The translations under genes and the position numbers were made by a program. Shown here piece by piece: positions 11,095 to 20,768 of a DNA stretch of 64,000 nt. The notes under the pieces are model-generated. The model was not told the DNA's origin, did no database searches, and saw only the letters and a program-made list of their open reading frames with translations. The DNA comes from an uncultured Anaerolineales bacterium (GTDB lineage Bacteria; Chloroflexota; Anaerolineae; CG2-30-64-16). The stretch's first letter is position 1. Each line of letters begins with the position of its first letter. Location of the stretch: positions 23,876-87,875 of the forward strand of contig CAZELR010000008.1 of assembly GCA_964513075.1 (NCBI GenBank), in the 5' to 3' direction.

Positions 11095-11616
11095 CTACGG
11101 TTCAACGAACAACGGCTCGGACGGCTCGACGACATCGTAGTCCCGTTCCCAACCCTCGTTCTCCAGCTTGATGCTCTGGATCAACACCGCATTGGCGTTG
11201 GCATCCAGGTCGGCCTGGGCCTGGAACTCAGAGACCCAGCAGCGGTAGACCTTATACGACAGGGCGAGCTGGCCGGCCTCGTTGAAGACATCGATGATGA
11301 TGTCCTTACGAAAGTCCTTCAGCGAGACCTCGGCGCCCAGTCCCGACCCGAAATTCCATACTTTATTGGCCCACTGCTCGAATTCCTTGTCGTGGGTCAC
11401 GCCCCGCTCCAGGGTGATGGCTTCGTATTCGGTGCGGCCGGGCGACTTCCGGCTGCTGCTGGGGTCGCCGCCTTCACGGTGCTTGACCACTTCGGTGGTG
11501 CGCTTGAGCGCGCTCACCTTGCTGATTCCGGCGACATAGCGGCCATCCCACTTAACGCGGAACTTGAAATTCTTGTAGGGATCGAAACGTTGTGCGTTGA
11601 CACTGAATTGAGCCAC
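11095..11616 (-). CDS. Contractile tail tube protein (T4 gp19-like/Afp1-like)
   Basis: 173 aa with FDPYKNFKFRVKWDGRYVAGISKVSAL, the canonical tube motif. Confidence 0.85.
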   Translation of the reverse strand: MAQFSVNAQRFDPYKNFKFRVKWDGRYVAGISKVSALKRTTEVVKHREGGDPSSSRKSPGRTEYEAITLERGVTHDKEFEQWANKVWNFGSGLGAEVSLKDFRKDIIIDVFNEAGQLALSYKVYRCWVSEFQAQADLDANANAVLIQSIKLENEGWERDYDVVEPSEPLFVEP

Positions 11617-11628
11617 GGCTGCCTCCCC

Positions 11629-13158
11629 TTACGCCTGGAGTTGTCCGGCTATCTGCTGGATCTTGAGGATCACGAACTCGGCCGGTTTGAGCGGAGCGAA
11701 GCCCACAAGGATGTTGACGATGCCCCGGTTGCGATCACTTTGAGTGGTCGTGTCTTTGTCGCACTTCACGAAATAGGCGTCGCGCGGGGTGACGCCTTGA
11801 AACGCGCCCTGGCGGAACAGGTCATGCATAAAGGCACCGACGTTGAGGCGGATTTGCGCCCACAACGGCTCGTCGTTGGGCTCGAAGACCACCCACTTGA
11901 GGCCGCGGTAGAGGCTCTCCTCCAGGAACAACGCAAGCCGGCGCACCGGCACGTATTTCCACTCCGAGCCGCGCTCGTCGTTGCCTTGCAGGGTGCGCGC
12001 CCCCCAAACCACGTTGCCGTAAACGTTGAAATTGCGGATGCAGTTGATCGCCTGAATGTTGAGGGCGCCGTTCTCCAGGTCGGTCAACGGCGCAGTCACG
12101 CCGCTGACACCCGTCAGGCTGGCCTCTGTTCCCGCTGGCGCCTTCCACACGCCGCGACTTACATCCGTGCGTGCGTAGATGCCGGCAACGAAGCCCGAAG
12201 GCGGGAAAGCCCGCAGCCGGTTCTCCTGTTTCGGATCGGCCGCCTTGACCCAGGGGAAGTATAACGCCGCATTAATTGCGTCCGCGCCGGTCAAACTGTT
12301 GTTGAGGCCGGCATTTAGGCTGGAGAAGGTGGCGGATTCGGCGCTGTCGACTATGAGGAAGGCCCGGTGATCACGAGCGAACTTCTGAAGTTGTCCCACC
12401 GTGGCCGCCTCTGTTTCGCCCGGCACGATCAACAGATTGAAGAGGTCGACCCGGTCTAGCAGATTGACGCCACCGCTGCCACCCCCCGCCTGCAGCGCGG
12501 TCTCGAACGCCCCGGCCGGATCACTGGGAACCAACACCGTACCGTCCGAGCCGCTTCCCAGCATTGCCGGGGTCGCGATATCCGCACTGAAAGTGGGCGC
12601 CGGGCTTTCGGGCACGATCAGCGCCGCATCGACGAGGGCCGATCCTGCCGACAGCACATGCGGTGCGTAGCGCGCATCTTTGCTGTCCAACGAGAGGTTC
12701 TCGAACGACTCGACGACCACAGGTGTTGCGACGCCCACCGGCTTATAGGCCACCTGCAGGCGGAACCGCGTCAGGTCATCTGCGCGGCGCTTGATCGTGA
12801 CCCCGTAGGCCTCGGCCCAGTCGCCGGCGCTGCGCGCCGTCACTTTGAGCTTGCCGTCGAGGGTCGCTTCGGCCACGGCCTGATCACCGGCCACCAGACG
12901 AATGATGTAGGCCTGCTGGCCACCGTTGTTGAAGAAGTGGTAGATGCTGTAACCGAGCAGGCTCCGGACGTCAAGCCCGCCGTAGGTGCGCTCGAAGTCA
13001 GACCAACTCAAAACAAGCTGGGCGCGGTCGGTGGGCCCCTTGGCCGCCCAGCCCACAAACGCGGCGATCGAGGTCGCCACCCCACCGATGGTCCGCACGC
13101 CGCTGGGGATCTCCTCGACATACACCCCAGGGTAGGTCGGTGTCACTGGCATGCTCAT
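11629..13158 (-). CDS. Contractile tail sheath protein
   Basis: 509 aa with N-terminal PGVYVEEIPSGVRTIGGVATSIAAFVG, the canonical sheath signature. An AGGAGG RBS lies 5 bp upstream. Confidence 0.9.
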   Translation of the reverse strand: MSMPVTPTYPGVYVEEIPSGVRTIGGVATSIAAFVGWAAKGPTDRAQLVLSWSDFERTYGGLDVRSLLGYSIYHFFNNGGQQAYIIRLVAGDQAVAEATLDGKLKVTARSAGDWAEAYGVTIKRRADDLTRFRLQVAYKPVGVATPVVVESFENLSLDSKDARYAPHVLSAGSALVDAALIVPESPAPTFSADIATPAMLGSGSDGTVLVPSDPAGAFETALQAGGGSGGVNLLDRVDLFNLLIVPGETEAATVGQLQKFARDHRAFLIVDSAESATFSSLNAGLNNSLTGADAINAALYFPWVKAADPKQENRLRAFPPSGFVAGIYARTDVSRGVWKAPAGTEASLTGVSGVTAPLTDLENGALNIQAINCIRNFNVYGNVVWGARTLQGNDERGSEWKYVPVRRLALFLEESLYRGLKWVVFEPNDEPLWAQIRLNVGAFMHDLFRQGAFQGVTPRDAYFVKCDKDTTTQSDRNRGIVNILVGFAPLKPAEFVILKIQQIAGQLQA

Positions 13159-13159
13159 A

Positions 13160-13340
13160 CCCTCCTACAATTGAAGTCCGACTGTCAGTGCGACTATCAG
13201 TGCGACTATCAGTCGCGACTTGCAGTCGTCCGTCGAAGCACTGTCGTCCACTTCGAACGCTAAAAACGTCTATACTATTGAATCATAATTGCAACGGTTT
13301 TGTATGGTATTTGTATTACAAACAAGTCAACAAAAATCCC
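13160..13340 (-). promoter_or_regulatory. eCIS operon leader/promoter region
   Basis: An AT-rich block (13262-13340) that is unusual for this genome, followed by four tandem 12-bp units and then the RBS and sheath start. Confidence 0.5.
13180..13228. repeat. Four tandem 12-bp units (GACTNTCAGTGC), each an inverted repeat GACT-n3-AGTC
   Basis: Read directly: gactgtcagtgc gactatcagtgc gactatcagtcgc gacttgcagtcg. The array lies 22-70 nt upstream of the sheath ATG. Confidence 0.8.
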
Positions 13341-13363
13341 GTTTCCCACTGAGAAACGGGATT
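13331..13363 (-). terminator. Intrinsic terminator after the lipoprotein gene
   Basis: A perfect 11-bp stem aatcccgtttc/gaaacgggatt with a 7-nt loop, followed on the minus strand by TTTTT. It begins 12 nt after the stop. Confidence 0.65.
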
Positions 13364-13374
13364 GCACAGTTGAA

Positions 13375-14475
13375 TCACTGAATCTCAAACGTCCAGAACC
13401 AAGTCACCGGCTCCCCGCTTTTCGGCGTGATCACGATCTGGACGCTGTGGGGACCTTTTTGCAAATCTGCGCCGCCCGGCCATCTGTTGCCGTGCTCGGA
13501 GAAACGCCACACGGTGCAATCCGGCTCACCGCCGCCGAAAACACAGTAGCCCGCGTTGCGTTCGGTGCGCTGGTGCACCGTCCGGTTGCTGTCATTGATC
13601 GTGAAGCTAACGGAGTCGATGCCCGCGCCATCGGTCCGCCCGACGTTGGTGTCGAAAACTTCCACCTGAAACACGATACGATCGCGGAAGACCATCGGGT
13701 TGCTGACCTCGTATGACTCGAAGCCGGGCAGCGCCACGTTGCATCCCCCCTTCACGTTCCGGCTGTTGCGGATGTTCGGGGTTTCCGAGCAACCGCCATC
13801 AACGGGCAAGATCGCGATCGCTGGAATTCGCGTTGGGGTCGCGGGCGGTGGGGTGGCCGTGACCGGTCGCGGGGTGGGAGTCGGAGGCGCGCTGCCGGCA
13901 GGTAGTGATGCCACGTCAAGATTGCATGCGACAAACTGCGCGCCCGCGCTGATCCACCCGCGCTGCCCGCCGGCATCCACCTGCACTTCGATCCATTGAC
14001 CGCTGGGGAACCCGCGACTCACAAACGATAGCGGTGTCAACGCAGCACCCTGCGGAAGGGTGCGCAGCGGCGGATTGAAGACCGTGCCGGGCCCGCCGCG
14101 CAGGTTCAATCCTGCCGACATGACCTCGCAGCGCGGAGCCGTGATTGCCGGCGTCTCTGGCGGCCGGGTCGCGGTGGCCTCGACGACCACAGGCGGCTCA
14201 GTGGGCGCCGCCTCGCCGGGAGTCGACGTAGCCCCGTTGTCGGCCGGAACAACATCAGTCGAAGCGCTCCCTGCGCCGGCTTGCACCACCTGGGTGGCGG
14301 CCACCGCGGCATCGACGGTCGCCTGGAGGCGCCCCTGCGCGGATGCGGTCGCAACAACCGCTGCATCTACGGTCGCCTGCACATTGGCCTCGCCTCCGCT
14401 GCCGCAACCCGCCAACACAGCGGCAAAAAGGACGAACCCTATCAGCCTGAGCCAAGCGCCCTTCTTCATCATCAC
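13375..14475 (-). CDS. Secreted lipoprotein with an SH3b-like domain
   Basis: Signal peptide plus lipobox (LAGC), a Thr/Pro-rich linker, and GLNLRGGPGTVF...GQWIEV, which is SH3b-like. Confidence 0.6.
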   Translation of the reverse strand: MMMKKGAWLRLIGFVLFAAVLAGCGSGGEANVQATVDAAVVATASAQGRLQATVDAAVAATQVVQAGAGSASTDVVPADNGATSTPGEAAPTEPPVVVEATATRPPETPAITAPRCEVMSAGLNLRGGPGTVFNPPLRTLPQGAALTPLSFVSRGFPSGQWIEVQVDAGGQRGWISAGAQFVACNLDVASLPAGSAPPTPTPRPVTATPPPATPTRIPAIAILPVDGGCSETPNIRNSRNVKGGCNVALPGFESYEVSNPMVFRDRIVFQVEVFDTNVGRTDGAGIDSVSFTINDSNRTVHQRTERNAGYCVFGGGEPDCTVWRFSEHGNRWPGGADLQKGPHSVQIVITPKSGEPVTWFWTFEIQ

Positions 14476-16901
14476 CCTCCGATCCCCTGCAACGCATCTT
14501 CCACCTGCTGCCTACCGGGTTGGCAGACAGCAGCGACGATCTTCTCGCCTAACGTGCGATCCTCCGGCAGCCTGCGCGCCTGTTCCTCGCAGCCGTCGAA
14601 GGCGCCGCGGGCCTCGCTGAGCAGGCTGGCTGCGCGGGTCCTGTCGCCCGCACGCAGGGCCAGATTGCCCTGCTGCAGCCTGGCGACGCCCAGGTAAGCG
14701 TAGCCCTGACCCAACAGCCGGTACTGCTTCAACTCGTCCAACGGCGCCAGAAGCAGACGCAGGTCCGCCGCCGCCCGCTCAAAGAGCTGCTCGGCCGCCA
14801 GGTCGCCGGCCTCGGGATCATCCAGTTGGTAGGTGGCGGTCGCCCGCGCCAGGGTGGCATTGGCCAGCGCCAATCGCGCTACCAATTCCATGCGCGTGTC
14901 TCGAGATGCGACGGACAGGCCAACCGCCTGTTTGTAGGCCGCCTCCGCCTGTTGGAGCAAGCCGTCTTCGACCAACTGGTCTGCAGGTGGAAGGGCTGCG
15001 GCGCTGCGCAGGTACGCGCCGCCCAGCACGATCGCCGCGCGCTCGCGTTGGGGGTTCAAGGCGAGCGCTTGCTCAGCAGCCATCTCAGCCTCTGCGTTGC
15101 GCCCCAGGAACAGCGCCTGCCGCGCGATAAAATAGTAGAGCACGTCGCCTCCGCCGCCCGGCCGGCGCGCCGTTGGGGTTGTCGACTCCACGGTCCGCAG
15201 CAGCGCCAATGCCTCTTCGTGACGTCCCAACACATCGTCGCGCAGCGCTAATAGCACCCCGAACAGCAGGGACGCGCGGTCCCGAATCGGGCCGGCGGCC
15301 GCCTCGCGCGCCAGGCTGTCGGCCGATGCCAGGTTAGCCGCCAACACGAGATCGTCTCCCAACTGGTAGCGACCGATGGTCTCGTTGGCTTCGGGACGTT
15401 GGCGAGCCGACACATAAAACTCCTGCACCAGGTGTTCCGTATCCCCGTCAGACGCCAGGTGGCTATAGAGCACCACGTCGGCGCCAACGCGGGCCGCCAG
15501 CGCCTCGGCAGCCGCGGCTCGCTGCTCGGCAGTGGCCCCGACAATCGCGCCGAGCCGGACCCGCTTCTGCATAAACGACATCCCGTCGTGCCAGATGCCT
15601 ACGCGCTGACCGGGCTCCAGCGCGTCGTTCGCCGCGGCCAGGGCGTTCACCATCCAGTCGCGGATCAACCGGCCATCCGGCGTCGCGCTTGCCGCGCCGG
15701 CCGCGTCCAGGCGGGGCACTTCGGCCACCGCGATATTAAGCGTGTTCGTCGCATCCATGGTCGTGGGCACGGCCATGTTGTAGACGCCAAAGAGGACAAG
15801 GATGAGCAAAAGCAGGATCCCTGCCGGCAGTGCTATCTTCTTGCGCCAATTGAGGGGTCCCGGCTCCGGCTGGCGCCACAACTGCCCTTCGGCGGATCGC
15901 ATGTAGAGGACCGGCGTGGCCCATTCCTCAGCGCAGCAGCCGGTGAAGAGCGCCTTGCGCGCCTCGGCCAGGGCTGAGTCTACCCCAGCGCCGTTGGCCA
16001 GCGCGGCGTAGAAGCTGCGTGCCAACGCAATCGCGGCCTGATCACTGATCGCCGTGCGCATGGCGATCACCGCGGGCACGCCGCCGCGCACCAAGCGCTG
16101 CGCCACGCCGGCATATGGGTCGCGGTCGGAAGATTCCGCACCCTGGCACGCGTTGAGCAACACCAGGCGCAACTGATCATGCCCCTGCAGCAGGGTGCTG
16201 AACGCCTGGCCGGTCACCGCCTGGGCCGCACCGTCCTCAGCCTGAAACATCAGCACGCTGTCATTGCCCGCGGGATCGAAGGCGCCATGGCCGAGGAAGT
16301 GCAGGATATGATACTCCTGCTGCTGCAACTGCCGCTGCAGCGCCTCCAGTGTGGGCGGCTCCAGCCGGTCGAGGGTGACGATGCCGCGGCTCCGCAGCTC
16401 CTCCAGCGCAGCGGACAAATTGGCCCACTCACGCTCGACATCCAGCACGGGGTAACCGGCCGGACTGGCAATCACGGCCAATACTCGCAGACGCAGCCCA
16501 GGCGCCAGATTAGGGGGCGGCTCGGGCAAATCCATGTAGCGGACCAGGGGGGTCTCGGACGAAAGCGCGAGGAAGCGGTCGCGTGAGCCGTCGTAGATCA
16601 GCTCCCACGGCAGGTTGGCCAGTTCGGGCACTTGTGTCAGCCGCAGGCGGAGGCGCAGCCCACGGTCCTGCTGCTGGGCCATATCCAGGCTGCGCCGCCA
16701 GCACGTCAGCACCTCGCCGCGGAAGGTCGCATCAAAGAGCTGAGCGCCAACCTCCTGGCTGGCAGCCGCCACGTCGAGGCTCTCGAGCGGCAGCAGGTCC
16801 GCCCGGGCCTCGCCTGCGGGCGAGCTGAGCACCTGGCCGCGGTAGCCCTGTGCAGTGCGCTCGATCTCCAGATCGAAGTTGAGATATCCTGCTTCTGCCA
16901 T
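14472..16901 (-). CDS. CHAT-domain (caspase-like) protease with a transmembrane segment and C-terminal TPR repeats
   Basis: 809 aa. The N-terminus (LNFDLEIERTAQGYRGQVLSSPAGEA) is typical of CHAT proteins. The His/Cys dyad sits in HILHFLGHG ... LVLLNACQGAES. The TM helix is KIALPAGILLLLILVLFGVY. TPR-like repeats occupy the C-terminal half. Confidence 0.8.
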   Translation of the reverse strand: MAEAGYLNFDLEIERTAQGYRGQVLSSPAGEARADLLPLESLDVAAASQEVGAQLFDATFRGEVLTCWRRSLDMAQQQDRGLRLRLRLTQVPELANLPWELIYDGSRDRFLALSSETPLVRYMDLPEPPPNLAPGLRLRVLAVIASPAGYPVLDVEREWANLSAALEELRSRGIVTLDRLEPPTLEALQRQLQQQEYHILHFLGHGAFDPAGNDSVLMFQAEDGAAQAVTGQAFSTLLQGHDQLRLVLLNACQGAESSDRDPYAGVAQRLVRGGVPAVIAMRTAISDQAAIALARSFYAALANGAGVDSALAEARKALFTGCCAEEWATPVLYMRSAEGQLWRQPEPGPLNWRKKIALPAGILLLLILVLFGVYNMAVPTTMDATNTLNIAVAEVPRLDAAGAASATPDGRLIRDWMVNALAAANDALEPGQRVGIWHDGMSFMQKRVRLGAIVGATAEQRAAAAEALAARVGADVVLYSHLASDGDTEHLVQEFYVSARQRPEANETIGRYQLGDDLVLAANLASADSLAREAAAGPIRDRASLLFGVLLALRDDVLGRHEEALALLRTVESTTPTARRPGGGGDVLYYFIARQALFLGRNAEAEMAAEQALALNPQRERAAIVLGGAYLRSAAALPPADQLVEDGLLQQAEAAYKQAVGLSVASRDTRMELVARLALANATLARATATYQLDDPEAGDLAAEQLFERAAADLRLLLAPLDELKQYRLLGQGYAYLGVARLQQGNLALRAGDRTRAASLLSEARGAFDGCEEQARRLPEDRTLGEKIVAAVCQPGRQQVEDALQGIGG

Positions 16902-16971
16902 CTCTGTTCCCTTCGATGATGATTATAACAGGATAAAACTAGCACAAAGTAATCACAAACACAAAACACAA

Positions 16972-17006
16972 AAGAAACCGGGTTTCTTGGAGAAACCCGG
17001 TTTCTT
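16972..17006. repeat. REP-like double palindrome (AAGAAACCGGGTTTCTT gg AGAAACCCGGTTTCTT)
   Basis: Read directly. It is intergenic, between the aminotransferase stop and the CHAT gene start. Confidence 0.8.
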
Positions 17007-17029
17007 AAGCTCAGTTCAGCCCAAGAGCC

Positions 17030-18202
17030 TCACGGTTCACGCCGCAGCCCAGGAAGCACACGCGCCAGCCCTGCGATGAGCGCATCCGCATCCGCCCGGT
17101 CGTTGTAGGCCTGGAAGGAAACGCGCACAAACGGCTGCCCGTTCCAGCGGACCATGGGTGCCTCCACCCGGTATTCGTCGACCAGCCGGGCCTTAAGCGC
17201 ATCCAGATCGCACTCGGGCAGACGCGCGGCAAAAAACTGAGCGAACCACCCCTCCGGGTGGCAGATCGGCGGCAGGCCGGTCAGATCGACGATGCGGTCG
17301 CGGGTGGCGGCTGCCAGTGCATGGCAGCGGCTGCGCACCGCAGGCCAGTCGTGCTCGGCCTGGAACCGGATGGCGGCGGGAACGGAAAGGAAGGCGGCGA
17401 CATCGCGCGTGCCCTGCCATTCATGCCAATCCACGAAGCGTGACAATCCGGGCCGCTCCGCCTCCCACCCCCAGCTCACCACCAGCGGCTCCAGCCAGGG
17501 CTGGACCTCGGGCCGGGCATAGAGAAATGCGGCTCCTTTCGGCGCGCAAAGCCACTTGTGACACGCGCCCGCATAGATATCCGCGCCCATCTCGCCCAGA
17601 TTCAATGCCACCTGGCCTGGCGCGTGTGCGCCGTCCACGATGGTCAGGATGCCCGCCGCGCGCGCGCGGCGACAGATCTCGGCCACCGGGAAGATCAGTG
17701 CAGTGGGGCTGGTGATGTGGCTGATGAAGATGATGCGCGTGCGCTCAGTGACGCCGGCCATGAAGCGTTCAACAAAATCGGCATGGGTCGTCACCGGCAG
17801 CGGGATCGGCTGCCGCACGGTGCGGGCGCCGGTCTGGTGGCATACATAACGCCAGGTGCGCTCCAGCGCGCCATACTCGTGATCGGTGGTCAGGATCTCG
17901 TCCCCCGGGCACAGATGGGCCGGACAATCCGGCCGCGCCAGGTTGCGGATCACCATGTTGAGCGCGGTGGTCGGGTTGGGGAAGTAGACCACGTCGTCCG
18001 CGGCCGCGCCCAGGTAAGCGGCCAGCGCAGAGCGACTCTCGGCCAGCAGGTCGTTCACCCGGCGGCCGAGGAACGCGACCGGCTGCCGCTCCAGTTCGGC
18101 CTGCCAGTACTGATACGCCTCGAAGACGGGCCGGGGACATGCGCCGAACGAGCCGTGGTTGAGGAAGTGGATGTCGGGGTCAAGGAGAAATGATAATTTC
18201 AT
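17030..18202 (-). CDS. Class V aminotransferase-fold PLP enzyme (isopenicillin-N epimerase/cysteine desulfurase-like)
   Basis: 390 aa with a PLP-lysine region ...AGACHKWLCAPKGAAFLY... and an overall class V fold pattern. Confidence 0.8.
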   Translation of the reverse strand: MKLSFLLDPDIHFLNHGSFGACPRPVFEAYQYWQAELERQPVAFLGRRVNDLLAESRSALAAYLGAAADDVVYFPNPTTALNMVIRNLARPDCPAHLCPGDEILTTDHEYGALERTWRYVCHQTGARTVRQPIPLPVTTHADFVERFMAGVTERTRIIFISHITSPTALIFPVAEICRRARAAGILTIVDGAHAPGQVALNLGEMGADIYAGACHKWLCAPKGAAFLYARPEVQPWLEPLVVSWGWEAERPGLSRFVDWHEWQGTRDVAAFLSVPAAIRFQAEHDWPAVRSRCHALAAATRDRIVDLTGLPPICHPEGWFAQFFAARLPECDLDALKARLVDEYRVEAPMVRWNGQPFVRVSFQAYNDRADADALIAGLARVLPGLRREP

Positions 18203-18320
18203 GCTATTCCCATTCAGACCGATTGGTGCATAAGAGTATTAATCGAGGCGGCCCGTGCAGTCCTTTCGGACAACATGGGCCGCCTGGCGTCTGATTTTCG
18301 GACGCAACACGCGTGAGAGC

Positions 18321-20630
18321 TTACTTCATTGCGAAGGGCAGGTAGCTCATGTAGATGTTACTTGCCACGACACCGGACACGCTGATGGATTGCACCGGGT
18401 TCGTCACCCCGGGATTTGCACTCGAGGCCACGATGACGATGACGGCGCTATACTTACCTACCGGCGTACCGGGTTTGATGCTGACCGTCATGGTCGTCGG
18501 CTGATTGGGATTCGTCACGCCACTGGCGGGTGCGAAGACCAACCAGTCCACTGCTTCCACCTGGTTGCCATCGATCAACAAGCCCTCCGCAGAAATCACC
18601 GCCTCACCAGCAGCGATCTTCTCGGCCACAGCAGCATAGCTCTGCGCCGGCAAAGCGGCTGCGGACCAAGTGGCCGTGCCGCCCGGCCGCCAGATCGTCA
18701 CGCTCCGCGTGACAACGGGTGCACCGGTCTTCTGCCAGATCGAGATCGCAGACGGCGCAACCACGAAGCCAGGATCGGGCACCGTGAGCCTCACAGTGAC
18801 GTACTGGTCGGGGTTTGCCACCTGGCTATCCTGTGTGTAAACGTGGATGGTGCCAACGTGGGAACCGGGCCCGGCGGCGGCAGAATTCACCGAGACGCCC
18901 AGGTCAGTGGGGGTCGTGCCTTGAAACGCGCTCAGCACCAGCCACCCCTGGCCCTGTAAGATTTCGGCCTTCCAGCCGAAGGCGGCGCTGCCGCCCACAC
19001 TGCGAATACTAACGGCCTGCACCGGTGATGGCTTGCCGTACTCGACGGTAAACGACAACGAGGTCGGCGAAACGCTCAGCGCAACCCCCGTCAGCGTCAA
19101 GCTCACCGTGATATCCTGTGGTGTGCCGGCCACCCCAGCCGTCGTGGCGCTGACGCGAACTGTGCCTGTGTAGTTGCCGGGGTTGATGGCCGACGTGTCA
19201 ACGGAAACGCCCAGGCTCCCAGGCGTGACGCCGCTCGTCCGATCGATCCTGAGCCAAGAGGCGCCCGACGTTACCTCGGCCCCCCAGGCAATCTGTGCGG
19301 CTGTGCCGGTATTGGAAACCATGACCGTTTGCGTCGGCGAGACCTGGCTGTATTCCAGGTTGAAAGTCAGGGCCGTCGGTGAGACAGATAGGGTCGGGCC
19401 GAGCGTCTGACCCGCCCCATCGACGTTCGCCACCGCCATGGTCGGCGTGTTGGACGTTTCTGGAGTTACATAGAAGCTGCCTGTCGTGTCGATGAAGTCA
19501 TCGTTCGCCGCCGGCGCGCCATAAATGCGATACCGATCGCCTCGAAGCACCACGATCTCATCCAGGGCATCACCGTCGGTGTCACCTACACGCACCAGCT
19601 TCCAGGCAGCGGAGCCGAAGCCGATCGTTTGAGCAAAGTCGCGCATGTCGTTCCCGGCAGGATTGATAGCAAGCAGTGCCACCTTATTCTCAATCGGGTT
19701 GCGCAGCATCACGATCTCATCATCGGCGTCGCCGTTCAGATCACCGAGGGCCAGCGAAGCGAAATCGGGATTGTACTTGTAGTTCGCCCCCGCCCCGATA
19801 TCTGTCAGCGCAGAGCCGGAAACCCGCAGCAGAATCAGCGCGTTCGTCACCGCATTCGCGCTGTCACGTTCCAGCGCGATCTCATCGCCCGCATAGGTGG
19901 CAGTGATGTTCCCCCCTGCCACCGCCAACCAATTCGTGGCATACCCACTCTGCCCCGCCAGGCTGCTCAAGCCTGAAGGCCCGCCCTTGTAAACCGAGAC
20001 CCGTCGATCGGCATTGCGCACAAGGACCAGATCATCATAACCATCGCTGTTAAAATCACCGACTGCCATATCCTGCCACGTCGCAGCGAAATCTGCTGAG
20101 TACCACAGGATCCATTCGGAAGCTGTAGCAGCCGTGCCGCCGTCGTACACGCGCAGAACCCAGGCCCCGGCCGGAGCATCGTAGACCGTGAGGGCGACCT
20201 CGTCCTTCAGATCGCCGTCAAAGTCGCCGGTTGCGAGCAATTGGATGGTCCGCGAAGTGCCCAAGTTCAGCTCATAGGACACGGTCTGTGATCCGAACTG
20301 GACGACCGGATCAAAGACCTTGAAGGTGTTGCTTTTGGCAGCGACAATCTCTGCATCGCCGTCTTTATTGAAGTCACCGGCTGCAACCTTGGTCCACCCG
20401 ATATCGCTCCCCGAATTCCAGGCCACCGGCTTAACACCGGAGGGTGTATACGGATCATCAACGCGTATTTGTCCGGTCGATGTAAGCAAAACGATCTCGT
20501 CGTCCGCAGTCGCATCAGGCGCAGCCACTTCTGCTGATGCCGTCTTCGGCAAAAGCGCCACGGACGCGACAAGCGGCGTGACAACAACGGCCAACGCGAG
20601 TAAAATGCTCAACCACGATGAGCGGTGCAT
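18321..20630 (-). CDS. Large secreted FG-GAP/VCBS repeat protein with Ig-like domains
   Basis: The start is moved to MHRSSWLSILLALAVV (signal peptide). Repeated GDFNxDGxDE FG-GAP motifs are followed by Ig-like repeats. Confidence 0.7.
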   Translation of the reverse strand: MHRSSWLSILLALAVVVTPLVASVALLPKTASAEVAAPDATADDEIVLLTSTGQIRVDDPYTPSGVKPVAWNSGSDIGWTKVAAGDFNKDGDAEIVAAKSNTFKVFDPVVQFGSQTVSYELNLGTSRTIQLLATGDFDGDLKDEVALTVYDAPAGAWVLRVYDGGTAATASEWILWYSADFAATWQDMAVGDFNSDGYDDLVLVRNADRRVSVYKGGPSGLSSLAGQSGYATNWLAVAGGNITATYAGDEIALERDSANAVTNALILLRVSGSALTDIGAGANYKYNPDFASLALGDLNGDADDEIVMLRNPIENKVALLAINPAGNDMRDFAQTIGFGSAAWKLVRVGDTDGDALDEIVVLRGDRYRIYGAPAANDDFIDTTGSFYVTPETSNTPTMAVANVDGAGQTLGPTLSVSPTALTFNLEYSQVSPTQTVMVSNTGTAAQIAWGAEVTSGASWLRIDRTSGVTPGSLGVSVDTSAINPGNYTGTVRVSATTAGVAGTPQDITVSLTLTGVALSVSPTSLSFTVEYGKPSPVQAVSIRSVGGSAAFGWKAEILQGQGWLVLSAFQGTTPTDLGVSVNSAAAGPGSHVGTIHVYTQDSQVANPDQYVTVRLTVPDPGFVVAPSAISIWQKTGAPVVTRSVTIWRPGGTATWSAAALPAQSYAAVAEKIAAGEAVISAEGLLIDGNQVEAVDWLVFAPASGVTNPNQPTTMTVSIKPGTPVGKYSAVIVIVASSANPGVTNPVQSISVSGVVASNIYMSYLPFAMK

Positions 20631-20768
20631 ATCTGTTGCCTCCTTTGTGAGTAGTGGCCCGTTGACAAACGAGCGCAACGAATTATAGCACACCGAAGAA
20701 CTCACACCAAATGCCTGTCGAGCCAGGCGTATTTCAAACGGCATATTTATTACGGTGGATTTCACAAC

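Noticed and set aside
11041-11100. Apparent frameshift/stop in the CPAC-motif gene when translated from the displayed text
   Set aside because: The displayed line appears offset by 1 nt (an extra t at its start and a missing g at its end) relative to the ORF table. The table translation is continuous and stop positions match table coordinates elsewhere. I treat it as a display discrepancy, not a pseudogene.
10804-12264. 486-aa plus-strand ORF
   Set aside because: It is antisense to the sheath and tube genes, which have unambiguous signatures.
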